NCBI GenBank assembly: GCA_038063615.1
Contig: JBBTUT010000003.1
Coordinates: forward strand, 1,352-65,351
Origin: Patescibacteria group bacterium
GTDB lineage: Bacteria; Patescibacteriota; Minisyncoccia; Phycocordibacterales; UBA1550
Length of the DNA stretch: 64,000 bases
Direction: 5' to 3'
In this document: piece after piece, positions 37,725 through 46,218 of the stretch
Layout: the number at the start of each line of letters is the position of its first letter
How positions within the stretch are numbered: the stretch's first letter is position 1
Made by a program: the position numbers and the translations under genes
The notes under the pieces: model-generated
The model's input: only the letters and a program-made list of their open reading frames with translations
Told to the model about the DNA's origin: nothing
Databases searched by the model: none

Positions 37725-37967
37725 ATTCAGAATATTACTCTGTTGATGTGGATGTGTGTATAATTACTCGAAAAAAGCTTGACATTTTGTTCTTAGCGCG
37801 ATACTCTTTTGGTAGACAGTAGCGGATGCTTTGAGATTGGCTTGAGGTGACGCTAGGGTACTTTAAAAAGGGAGGTGATGCCACGCAACTTTGTAAGGTA
37901 TTAGGAGGTTCGGCTCGAGATTGGCTTGAGATGACTCCAAAGATTTCTTTAAAAAAGGAGATTTATT
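37725..37967 (+). promoter_or_regulatory. Promoter (TTGACA-N17-TACTCT) plus about 190-nt conserved 5' leader, copy A
   Basis: About 85% identical to 39200-39434. Contains two internal copies of GAGATTGGCTTGAG. Confidence 0.5.
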
Positions 37968-38189
37968 ATGAAAAAAAGTAAAAATGCTACACCCAGCCAT
38001 AACCCTTTTGCTTCTGAAGGGTTCAAACTATCTTCCTATACCCACAAATGCTGTTGCGTTGCGGTGCGTATAGGGGACACTGTGGACCTCCGTGACACCA
38101 AAAACCCAAATAGTCCCACGCTTTCTTTCAATAGGAAAGAGTGGAAGGCCTTTGTGAAAGGCGTGCAGTCCGGCGAGTTCAATGTCTGA
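37968..38189 (+). CDS. DUF397 (BldB-like) small protein, copy A
   Basis: FKLSSYTHKCCCVAVRIGDTVDLRDTKNPNSPTLSFNRKEWKAFVKGVQSGEFNV fits the DUF397 consensus (KSSYS..CVEVA...VRDSKDP.GP.L.F...EW.AF..GVK.GEFD). Confidence 0.55.
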   Translation: MKKSKNATPSHNPFASEGFKLSSYTHKCCCVAVRIGDTVDLRDTKNPNSPTLSFNRKEWKAFVKGVQSGEFNV

Positions 38190-38249
38190 GCTGAAGAAGC
38201 TTCGGAGGGGGTGTTTTTACACTCCCTCCGTTTTTATTTAAATAATAGT

Positions 38250-38993
38250 ATGGAAAAGAAACTAAAAATAAAAGTATCAGAAAAGAATTATATATACGGA
38301 CGACTGAGCGGATCATCTCGCCAACCGCTTTTTATCGTTGTCCACGGCCTTCCTGGGTCAATGGACGAAGATTTTTATCTAAACGCAACACGCTGGTTTG
38401 TAAAACGAGGGTATGCTTCGTTTCGTTTTAATCTTTATGGCACAGAGAAAAATTCTCGGCAAATGATGGACTCAACACTAAAAACACATGCATCCGATAT
38501 TGATGCGGCCGTGCGTTATTTCCGTGGGAAAAAATTTCAGAAGATATTTATTGCGGGGCACAGTTACGGTGGTCCAAGCATCTTACTTTCAAGTGAGCAA
38601 AAATTTGACGGAGCGGTCCTATGGGATCCTTCATATAAAGTATCATTCACAAAAACACAGCACGGTTTTCCTGCCGTAAAATATATCAAGGAGATAAAAG
38701 GGTATATTATGAATTGGGGAACAAATCTTATTGTCGGAAAGGCAATGGCTGACGAGGCAAATACGATAAACTGGAACGAACTCACCAAGAATTTTCATCT
38801 GCCCCTAAGAATCATCGCTGCTGGGAAAGGGCACTTGGTGCGCGGTGCGAAACATTATTTTAGGACGGCCAATGACCCCAAGGAACTGACAGTCATCAAA
38901 GACGCAACTCATTATTTTAATGATACGGAAGATATGCGCGAAAAAGTATTCAAAATTTCAGAAGATTGGTTCAAAAAAATATCAAATAGATAG
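38250..38993 (+). CDS. Alpha/beta-hydrolase fold protein (esterase/peptidase-like)
   Basis: Nucleophile elbow GHSYGG. ORF track starts at 38211. Confidence 0.6.
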   Translation: MEKKLKIKVSEKNYIYGRLSGSSRQPLFIVVHGLPGSMDEDFYLNATRWFVKRGYASFRFNLYGTEKNSRQMMDSTLKTHASDIDAAVRYFRGKKFQKIFIAGHSYGGPSILLSSEQKFDGAVLWDPSYKVSFTKTQHGFPAVKYIKEIKGYIMNWGTNLIVGKAMADEANTINWNELTKNFHLPLRIIAAGKGHLVRGAKHYFRTANDPKELTVIKDATHYFNDTEDMREKVFKISEDWFKKISNR

Positions 38994-38999
38994 AAGATA

Positions 39000-39050
39000 G
39001 CCGTGTTTTTTTGTTTTCTTTTTTTGTGCGGGGCGTGGTATGATTGGGGG
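39000..39050. repeat. 51-nt module gccgtgtttttttgttttctttttttgtgcggggcgtggtatgattggggg, duplicated exactly at 50127-50178
   Basis: Terminator tail plus GGCGTGGTATGAT extended -10 box. Identical copy upstream of the 50202 gene. Confidence 0.8.
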
Positions 39051-39199
39051 GAGAAGGGAAATTTAATTTAAAAAATCAATGGCAACAGATCATTTTGGGG
39101 AAGTTGTGCGAGCCGTGCGTAAGGAGGGACTTTATCCGGAAATCCCGATTGTTCAAAGTGCTGCAACGGAGACAAAAATTGTTGTCGACGGGAAAGACT

Positions 39200-39434
39200 T
39201 CTTACTCTGTTGATGTGGAGGTGTGTGGGTAATTACTCGAAAAAAGCTTGACAGTTTGTTCGTGGTGGGATACTCTGTGGGTAGACGGTAGTGGATGCTT
39301 TGAGGTGGGCTCGAGGTGGCGCTAGTGTACTTTAAAAAGAAAGGAGGTGATGAAAAATTGATATTGATTGGGAGGTTCGACTCGAGATTGGCTTGAGACG
39401 ACTCCAAAGAGCTCTTTAAAAAAGGAGATTTGCC
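39200..39434 (+). promoter_or_regulatory. Promoter plus conserved 5' leader, copy B
   Basis: Paralogous to 37725-37967. Confidence 0.5.
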
Positions 39435-39623
39435 ATGAAAAAGAGTAAGAACACTCGTGTGAGCAAGAATGAGCGTGGTGATAAAGTTATCACTCTGTGT
39501 GGGGTCAGTAACTGTTGCCCTACGGTGACGATTGATAGGGGAGGCAACCATGTCATCAAAGATGACTTCGGAGGTTCAGTCGTACTATCTAAAGAGCAGT
39601 TCGGGATGCTCAAAGAGGTTTAA
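39435..39623 (+). CDS. DUF397-like small protein, copy B (divergent)
   Basis: MKKSKN start shared with copy A. VITLCGVSNCCPTVTIDRGGNHVIKDDFGGSVVLSKEQFGML resembles the DUF397 core. Confidence 0.4.
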   Translation: MKKSKNTRVSKNERGDKVITLCGVSNCCPTVTIDRGGNHVIKDDFGGSVVLSKEQFGMLKEV

Positions 39624-39680
39624 CCGTAGTTCCACTGCATCAAGACGCCTCAAGCTTTACTGTGCGAGGCGTCTATTTTT

Positions 39681-40682
39681 ATGAAAAAACAACATACAGA
39701 ACTTTTATTTGTTCAGATTACCCCTGAGTGTAATATGGGTTGTCGATATTGTCCTTTTTCTAACCAAAATAATCTTATAAATAGACAAAATAATTTTAGT
39801 GCGCAGATCAATTCAATCAAAAACACTTTTGACTCAAAATCTTTCACAGAGAGTTCTTTCGGTGAGTTAATTGTATATGGAGGAGAGGCGCTTCTTTACT
39901 TTGACCAAGTTAAAAGAATAATTAATGAATATAAAAATTTCCGACATTACGGAAAAATAACAGTATGCACTAACGGCATTCTTATTAATCAAGATGTCAT
40001 TACCTATTGTAAAACCAACAAGATAAATGTGACTATAAATATGGATGGGGATTTTAATTTAGTCGCAAGTAATAAATTTTTTTCTAAAACAGATTGGGCT
40101 AAACTCACTGGTAATATAAAAGGACTTCATTCAGAGGGAATACCATATGATTTCTCTACGACCATTACACCTCACTTTATTGAAAATTTTAATTCACAAG
40201 TAAAATTTTTAGAATCTTTGCACCCGAGAATGATAGGTTTTAATTTTTTGAGGGATACTCAAGCACAAAAAGAATTTGGAATAAGCAACCCTGATAATTA
40301 TTTGCAAGATGCTACTTCTTTGGTGTTTAAATATAACTCAGTTGTGAATTTTAATCGAAATAAAAAACTGAGAGCTTTTAAAGAGAAAAAACAGATTTCT
40401 GATTGTATATGTTCTGGGATGGGTATAACTATCCTCGCAACCGGTGAATATACGACATGCGGAATATTTCCATCTCAAAGATGCAGGACATCAAGAGAGG
40501 TAATCAGCATCATGAAGGAAAATTATAAAAAATTATTTTTAGACATAGAACTAGGACAAAACATAAAAGACTTACCAACTTTTGGAGGAGGTTGTTCAAA
40601 GCTCTTGCGAGAGGACAATAAAAGATTTTCTTATTATAATGCTTGGGTAAGTTTTGAACAGTTTAATTATGAAAAATTATAA
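39681..40682 (+). CDS. Radical SAM enzyme with C-terminal SPASM domain
   Basis: CNMGCRYC (Cx3Cx2C) at residues 17-24. C-terminal Cys clusters (CICSGMG...CGIFPSQRC...GGGC). Confidence 0.75.
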   Translation: MKKQHTELLFVQITPECNMGCRYCPFSNQNNLINRQNNFSAQINSIKNTFDSKSFTESSFGELIVYGGEALLYFDQVKRIINEYKNFRHYGKITVCTNGILINQDVITYCKTNKINVTINMDGDFNLVASNKFFSKTDWAKLTGNIKGLHSEGIPYDFSTTITPHFIENFNSQVKFLESLHPRMIGFNFLRDTQAQKEFGISNPDNYLQDATSLVFKYNSVVNFNRNKKLRAFKEKKQISDCICSGMGITILATGEYTTCGIFPSQRCRTSREVISIMKENYKKLFLDIELGQNIKDLPTFGGGCSKLLREDNKRFSYYNAWVSFEQFNYEKL

Positions 40683-41457
40683 AATAGGGGTTATTGGCGG
40701 CTCTGGGATATACACTCTGCAAGACTATAAGTTTTTTGCAGGTAATTTTGACAATGAGTACAAAGATAGTGAGTTGGGAATAGAAAAATATAAATTTAGT
40801 AATTGTGAAATATATTTTTTATCTAGACATGGCAAAAATCATATGATCCTACCTCACGAGATAGATTATTTGACCAATATTAAGGCATTTGATGATTTGA
40901 AAGTTGATTGCATCATATCTTTTTGCACTGTTGGTTCATTAGATTCTAATTTCCAGCCCGGCTTGTATGTTACCCCAAAAGATATCATTGATTTTACCTA
41001 CAACAGGAAAGGATGGAACTACACCAAAGAAAACAAGCATGTTGATATACAGCCAGTTTTTGGCGAGGATTTAATGAGAGTTTGTAAGCAACTGTTTAAT
41101 AATATTAATGTTCCATTGAATAATGAGGGAACACTTGTTGTAATTGAAGGACCAAGGTTTGCTACTCTGGCAGAGCAAAATATGTACAAAATATTCGGTG
41201 GTAGTTTTTTGAATATGACCCAAGCGCAAGAAATTTATTTGTCGCATGTTTTCCAAATCCCATTTATTTCTCTGTGCCACATAACCGACCTGACCTCAAT
41301 CGTAAATAAAAACTATGACCTAACTTCAAGTGATGCGATATCGGTATTCAAAAGCAATTACAGTAAAGTGGAGAGGATATTGAGCGCGCTGGTCAAATAT
41401 TTAAGTGAAAATAAACCAGAAATAAAGTATCATAGTGATAAGCAAACTTTCGTGTAA
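40672..41457 (+). CDS. Purine nucleoside/5'-methylthioadenosine phosphorylase family protein (MTAP-like)
   Basis: IGVIGGSGIY N-terminus, SRHGKNHMILPHEIDY, VIEGPRFATLAE, HITD: PNP_UDP_1/MTAP pattern. Overlaps the radical-SAM gene end. Confidence 0.65.
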   Translation, partial: KNYKIGVIGGSGIYTLQDYKFFAGNFDNEYKDSELGIEKYKFSNCEIYFLSRHGKNHMILPHEIDYLTNIKAFDDLKVDCIISFCTVGSLDSNFQPGLYVTPKDIIDFTYNRKGWNYTKENKHVDIQPVFGEDLMRVCKQLFNNINVPLNNEGTLVVIEGPRFATLAEQNMYKIFGGSFLNMTQAQEIYLSHVFQIPFISLCHITDLTSIVNKNYDLTSSDAISVFKSNYSKVERILSALVKYLSENKPEIKYHSDKQTFV

Positions 41458-41550
41458 CTGCTTGCTATTTTTTACAATATGTTGTACTCTATCCTGAGGA
41501 TAAGTACCTTAACAATGGTATAATAAATTAGCAACAAAAGGAGGCCGATT

Positions 41551-43227
41551 ATGATAAAAGTACAAAATCTTCAGAAAAGCTACGGTTCATTAACAGTGCT
41601 CTCCGATATTTCTTTTTCACTTGGAAGAGGACAGAAGGTGGCATTGGTTGGACTCAATGGAACCGGGAAAACAACTCTGCTTAAAATTGTGGCCGGTCTT
41701 GAGGAGCAGGATGCTGGAAAGATCGACCTTGCAACGGATGCCTGTATCGGTTATCTACCTCAAGATACGGGCCTTTCGGGGAACGAACCCATTATGGACT
41801 ATCTGAGGAAAGTGTCTGGCATTGATGTGCTCGAGAAAGAAATAGGAATTTTGTCTTCTGAGCTGGGTGACCCTGAAAAGGTCAAGCGTTACGGTGATGT
41901 TCGCAGTAAATATGAGCATCTCGACGGTTACTCTTTTGCTCACAGAGCAGAAGTGATGCTTTCAGGATTCGGGCTTGAAGATGTTGGGCTTGACCGCCCA
42001 CTGTCTAATCTGAGCAGTGGGCAGAAAAGCAAAGTGGTACTTGCGGGTATTTTGCTTAAGGGTGTTGATTTGCTTTTGCTTGATGAGCCTACGAACAACC
42101 TCGATCTCCCTGCTCTCATTTGGCTCGAGGATTTTCTGCAAAAATCCAAGGCATCATGCATCGTTGTTTCGCATGACCGCAGATTTCTCGACAAAGTTGT
42201 AAGAAAGATCTTCGAAATTGATTGGCGTACACGCGCACTTACCATCACTGGAGGCACATATAGTGATTATCTGGAAATGGTGGCAAAGCGTGTTGCATGT
42301 CAAAAGGAAGAGTACCGGCTTCAACAGGAGGAAATCGAGCGTCTGAACGAACGGGCGCGCGAAAAGAAGGCGGATGCTACTCGAGGATCACACTGGTCTC
42401 CACGCGACAATGACAAGTTTTTAAAGGGGTTTAAGCGTGATCGTGCTACGAAGTCTTCGAAGGCGGCAAAGGCTATTGAAAAGCGGGTAGAACAAATGGA
42501 TAAGATTGAAAAGCCAATAGAAAGAAAGCCGTTTGAGATACCTCTCAATGCTGAAGTTGATTCTGGTACGCTTGATGTTCGTCTCTCAGATGTTGTGATT
42601 GAATACCCAAACACTTTCCGTATTGGCCCACTGTCTTTTGAGGCACGCTATGGTAGCAGGGTCGGCATAATGGGTCTAAACGGATCAGGAAAATCGACAT
42701 TGCTAAAGACCATAACTGGACAGATGGCGCCTACTCACGGGAAAATTGAGGTTGGTTCTGGTCTCAGGATTGGCAATATGATGCAGGAGCACGAAACGCT
42801 TCCTCGCGAACGCACATTGCTTGAGTTTCTTGAAGAACGGGCACATCTAAGCAAGCAGGATTCATATGCCAAACTGTCAAAGTTTGGGTTCGATGAAAGA
42901 CAGGTCAAGTTGCCTATCAGCACCTTAAGTCCGGGTGGGCGCGCGCGCCTCCTGCTAGCTTTATTCTCAGCCCAGTCGGTCAATATGCTTGTTTTGGATG
43001 AGCCAACAAACCATCTCGATATCGAAGCACTGAATGCCCTTGAAGAAACACTGAGAACTTATCGTGGCACGGTACTGCTCGTCTCTCATGACAGATATTT
43101 CATCGAAAAAGCTTCGCTGGATACAACTTATGTTTTGTCTGACGGAGCTCTGACAAAGATTCCTGATTTTAAGACTTATGTTAAAACAGCAGAAGAGAAA
43201 GCACGAAAGTTGCTTAAACTGTTATGA
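41551..43227 (+). CDS. ABC-F family ATPase (two ABC domains, no TM domain)
   Basis: GLNGTGKTTLLK / LSSGQKSKVVLA / LLLDEPTNNLD, then GLNGSGKSTLLK / LSPGGRARLLLA / LVLDEPTNHLD with an inter-domain linker. Confidence 0.85.
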   Translation: MIKVQNLQKSYGSLTVLSDISFSLGRGQKVALVGLNGTGKTTLLKIVAGLEEQDAGKIDLATDACIGYLPQDTGLSGNEPIMDYLRKVSGIDVLEKEIGILSSELGDPEKVKRYGDVRSKYEHLDGYSFAHRAEVMLSGFGLEDVGLDRPLSNLSSGQKSKVVLAGILLKGVDLLLLDEPTNNLDLPALIWLEDFLQKSKASCIVVSHDRRFLDKVVRKIFEIDWRTRALTITGGTYSDYLEMVAKRVACQKEEYRLQQEEIERLNERAREKKADATRGSHWSPRDNDKFLKGFKRDRATKSSKAAKAIEKRVEQMDKIEKPIERKPFEIPLNAEVDSGTLDVRLSDVVIEYPNTFRIGPLSFEARYGSRVGIMGLNGSGKSTLLKTITGQMAPTHGKIEVGSGLRIGNMMQEHETLPRERTLLEFLEERAHLSKQDSYAKLSKFGFDERQVKLPISTLSPGGRARLLLALFSAQSVNMLVLDEPTNHLDIEALNALEETLRTYRGTVLLVSHDRYFIEKASLDTTYVLSDGALTKIPDFKTYVKTAEEKARKLLKLL

Positions 43228-43230
43228 GCA

Positions 43231-43275
43231 TAGAACCCAACAAGCATAAAAGCTTGTTGGGTTCTATTTATTTCG
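43231..43275 (+). terminator. Hairpin agaacccaacaagc-ataaa-gcttgttgggttct plus atttatttc
   Basis: Perfect 14-nt stem after the ABC-F stop. Confidence 0.7.
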
Positions 43276-43414
43276 GCATGGATTTTAGTATGCCGATGTA
43301 TTCAATGCAAAATTTCTTTCATTTTTCGCATCGGGCGTGGTATAATTGAAATGTAAAAGTTCGTACAAATACTGATTCGAGCGTTGGGTATGAGAAAAAT
43401 AGTTTGTTTTTAAA

Positions 43415-44182
43415 ATGATAAAATTAACTTTTATTGGAAGTGGCTGTTGGCAGGGTATTCCAGCGCCTTTTGGTGCGGATAAAATTAGCCAGAATGTAGA
43501 ATGGGGTTCAAAAGATTTTCGCTTTAGGACATCTCTCCATATTGAAACTGAAAATGGGAAAAGTATTGTAGTTGAGGCAACACCTGATATTAGGTTGCAA
43601 TCATGGAAGTTTAAGTTAGGAAAACCTGATGCTATTCTTGTTTCTCATTGGCACTGGAATCATTTATTTGGGTTGCTCGATTTAGATTGGTTTGCTAAAA
43701 AGAACCCACTTATTGTCTATGGGAATAGTGTGACGAAAGAGTGGTACGAAGAAAGGATGAATCATGTGAATGTTAATTTTCAAACATTTAAGTCGTATGA
43801 GCCGTTTGAAATTGATAATCTTAGGATTACTCCTGTTGCCGTTGAACATGTCAGCGGTACAGATGGGTTTCTGTTTGAAGATTTAAATAGTGGCAAAAGA
43901 TTTGCGTATCTTTCTGATTTAAGTGGGATACCCGATGATACCGTTGGAATGATTAGAGATATTGATTTAATCATCACCGATGTCACATACATTGAATCAG
44001 ATATAAATGATGACCCTACTCATTTAAAGAAGGATCAAATTATTCCGTTTCTCAAGAATCTCAAAGCAAAGGAAATAGTTCTAGTAAACATAGGGTCGTA
44101 TCAAAAGCTTACGCACGATGACCTCGAACAAAAATTTCCTCAATATGCTATTGCGTATGACGGAATGGAGCGATGGTTTTAA
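43415..44182 (+). CDS. MBL-fold metallo-hydrolase-like protein (variant HWHWNH motif)
   Basis: VSHWHWNHLFGL sits where HxHxDH normally is (Asp replaced by Asn). TGGTATAAT box at about 43330. Confidence 0.55.
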   Translation: MIKLTFIGSGCWQGIPAPFGADKISQNVEWGSKDFRFRTSLHIETENGKSIVVEATPDIRLQSWKFKLGKPDAILVSHWHWNHLFGLLDLDWFAKKNPLIVYGNSVTKEWYEERMNHVNVNFQTFKSYEPFEIDNLRITPVAVEHVSGTDGFLFEDLNSGKRFAYLSDLSGIPDDTVGMIRDIDLIITDVTYIESDINDDPTHLKKDQIIPFLKNLKAKEIVLVNIGSYQKLTHDDLEQKFPQYAIAYDGMERWF

Positions 44183-44221
44183 TAGCTATCTAAAAAAGAA
44201 ATTAATATTAAACTATATATT

Positions 44222-45343
44222 ATGAAGTTAAAATCAAATCTCATAGACCAGTTGGACAAGGCAGACAGCCTATTTAAAAACGAAATAATATCCGAATTTG
44301 GAATTCCTGTTTATAATCCAGAATCTCATTATTTGGAGCTAACAAAATCAAAGTATTATTGGGCGTTACTTACCCTCCGCCATTGCCTCAAGGTCTCATC
44401 TGACCAGTACTTTAGTGTTGATGTTGGGGCTACTAACATAGATTTATTTATGATGACACCAAGTGTTTCTTCTCCAATGGGACCAGGTTCTGATTCTGAG
44501 GCAATACCGATAAAGTTTGGGAACCTGGTTACTTTTCTTGTTGATTCGTCCCAGTTTGGTTTTGAGCCACTACTAATTAATAATTTTGATAAAGTATATT
44601 GCTACCTCCCTTCAATGCGTGGTGAAGATCACGACAAGAGGCATCTTAATCAATTTTATCATTGTGAAGCAGAAATAAGAGGAGAATTAGGTGATTTAAC
44701 CCCAATCATAGAAAAATATATTAAGATTTTGGCCGAGACATTAAAAGCTTTGCCAAATCTAACTGAAAAAATTAGTGCTAATATGTCCGCCACAAATAGT
44801 GCAATAGAAGCTATAATATCGGCTGATAAATTCCCTGTGATTACTTTTGACGAAGCGATTGTGTTGTTGGAAGAAAACGGGCATCAGTCACTTGTCAATT
44901 ATTCCGAACATGGGCGGGACATTACTTCTTATGGGGAAATTATTTTATCAAAGATGTTAGGATTTAAAACACCTTTTTGGGTGCACGGCTATGATCGTGG
45001 CAGAGTTGCTTTTTATCAAAAGCCAGACCCTAATAACCTTGACAAGGTTATTAATGCTGACTTAATCTTCCCACCACTTTTTGAAGGGGCATTTGGTGGG
45101 GAAATTGTTGGATGCGGACAGAGACAGGACAATAAAAGTGAGATACTTGAGTCATTGAGAATTCAAAATATATCATCTGAGCCATACGAATGGTATATAA
45201 ATTTGAGAGAGTTACCAGAGTACAAAACCACTTCCGGTTTTGGGCTTGGCATAGAAAGATTTATAACATGGGCACTCGGTCATGATGATATTAGAAATTC
45301 TATTCCGTACCCTCGTCTGAAGAATGTACTAACCTTACCATAA
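44222..45343 (+). CDS. Class II aaRS-like catalytic-core protein (AspRS/AsnRS paralog lacking anticodon-binding domain; AsnA / AS-AR-like)
   Basis: Motif 2-like MRGEDHDKRHLNQFYHCEAEI and motif 3 GFGLGIERFITW. Homologous to the C-terminal half of the aspS at 58349. No OB-fold N-terminus. Confidence 0.65.
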   Translation: MKLKSNLIDQLDKADSLFKNEIISEFGIPVYNPESHYLELTKSKYYWALLTLRHCLKVSSDQYFSVDVGATNIDLFMMTPSVSSPMGPGSDSEAIPIKFGNLVTFLVDSSQFGFEPLLINNFDKVYCYLPSMRGEDHDKRHLNQFYHCEAEIRGELGDLTPIIEKYIKILAETLKALPNLTEKISANMSATNSAIEAIISADKFPVITFDEAIVLLEENGHQSLVNYSEHGRDITSYGEIILSKMLGFKTPFWVHGYDRGRVAFYQKPDPNNLDKVINADLIFPPLFEGAFGGEIVGCGQRQDNKSEILESLRIQNISSEPYEWYINLRELPEYKTTSGFGLGIERFITWALGHDDIRNSIPYPRLKNVLTLP

Positions 45344-45347
45344 AAAT

Positions 45348-46208
45348 ATGAAAAATATGCCAAACTACTACAATAAAGTTACTGAATATTTTAACGAGAA
45401 AGCATCTAGTTATGATGAAGTTGACAACCAAAAATATTGGGTGTTGTCCGATATGTTCTTTAAAGAAATTCTACGAAGAGAACTCCCGGCACTTATTGGG
45501 GACAAAAAACATATCAACCTTTTAGATGCTGGAGCTGGCACTGGTCGCTGGACAATTTTTTTTGATGAAATATTTAAAGATCAATATGATATAACAGGCA
45601 CCCTTGTAGATATTTCAAGTAAAATGCTTGATGAGGCATCTAAAAAATTAAAGGCAAGTGGCGCAGACACCCGCTTTAAGATTAAGAACACTAATATTGA
45701 AAATCTCGAAGATTTCCCCAATAAGAATTTTGATTTAAGTTTATCTTTCTATAATGTCATAAGCTTCGTGGAAGATCCTAAACGGGCACTTACTGAAATA
45801 CATCGAGTTTTGAGTGATGATGGTGTGCACATAAGTATTGTAGCTAATAAATATCATGCATACTACTTTTCGTTCCTTACTAACCGGCTCTCATCAATAG
45901 ATTCAATAAAAAAAGACTCGAAGGTTCGTTTCAATGACCTCATGCCGGCTATCCACTGCTTTACCCCAGAAGAACTAAAAGATCTTTATCTCTCGGCTGG
46001 TTTTAAAACCTGTAGGGTTATTGGTGGCCCAAATTTTATTTATCCTGGAATGGAAGAAACTTATGTGCACGGCAGCACCCCCTCATTGCAAGAGAAGCTT
46101 GCTGAGGCTGATAATTTCCAAAAAATACTAGAAGCCGAACTTGAGTACTACAACATGCCTGATATTGTGGGAAGAGGGAATGTATTACTCGCAATTGCCA
46201 CTAAATAG
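45348..46208 (+). CDS. Class I SAM-dependent methyltransferase
   Basis: Motif I LLDAGAGTGRWT. Confidence 0.65.
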   Translation: MKNMPNYYNKVTEYFNEKASSYDEVDNQKYWVLSDMFFKEILRRELPALIGDKKHINLLDAGAGTGRWTIFFDEIFKDQYDITGTLVDISSKMLDEASKKLKASGADTRFKIKNTNIENLEDFPNKNFDLSLSFYNVISFVEDPKRALTEIHRVLSDDGVHISIVANKYHAYYFSFLTNRLSSIDSIKKDSKVRFNDLMPAIHCFTPEELKDLYLSAGFKTCRVIGGPNFIYPGMEETYVHGSTPSLQEKLAEADNFQKILEAELEYYNMPDIVGRGNVLLAIATK

Positions 46209-46218
46209 AAACATTCTT

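Noticed and set aside
39044-39232. 62-aa ORF (TTG start); alternative 45-aa ATG ORF MATDHFGEVVRAVRKEGLYPEIPIVQSAATETKIVVDGKDFLLC
   Set aside because: Ends exactly at the boundary of the duplicated leader. Probably a remnant truncated by the duplication. No family recognised.
37968-39623. The two small Cys-containing ORFs considered as sactipeptide/ranthipeptide precursors
   Set aside because: Their sequence fits the DUF397 (BldB-like) protein family better than any leader-core precursor pattern. Kept as a hypothesis only inside the cluster finding.
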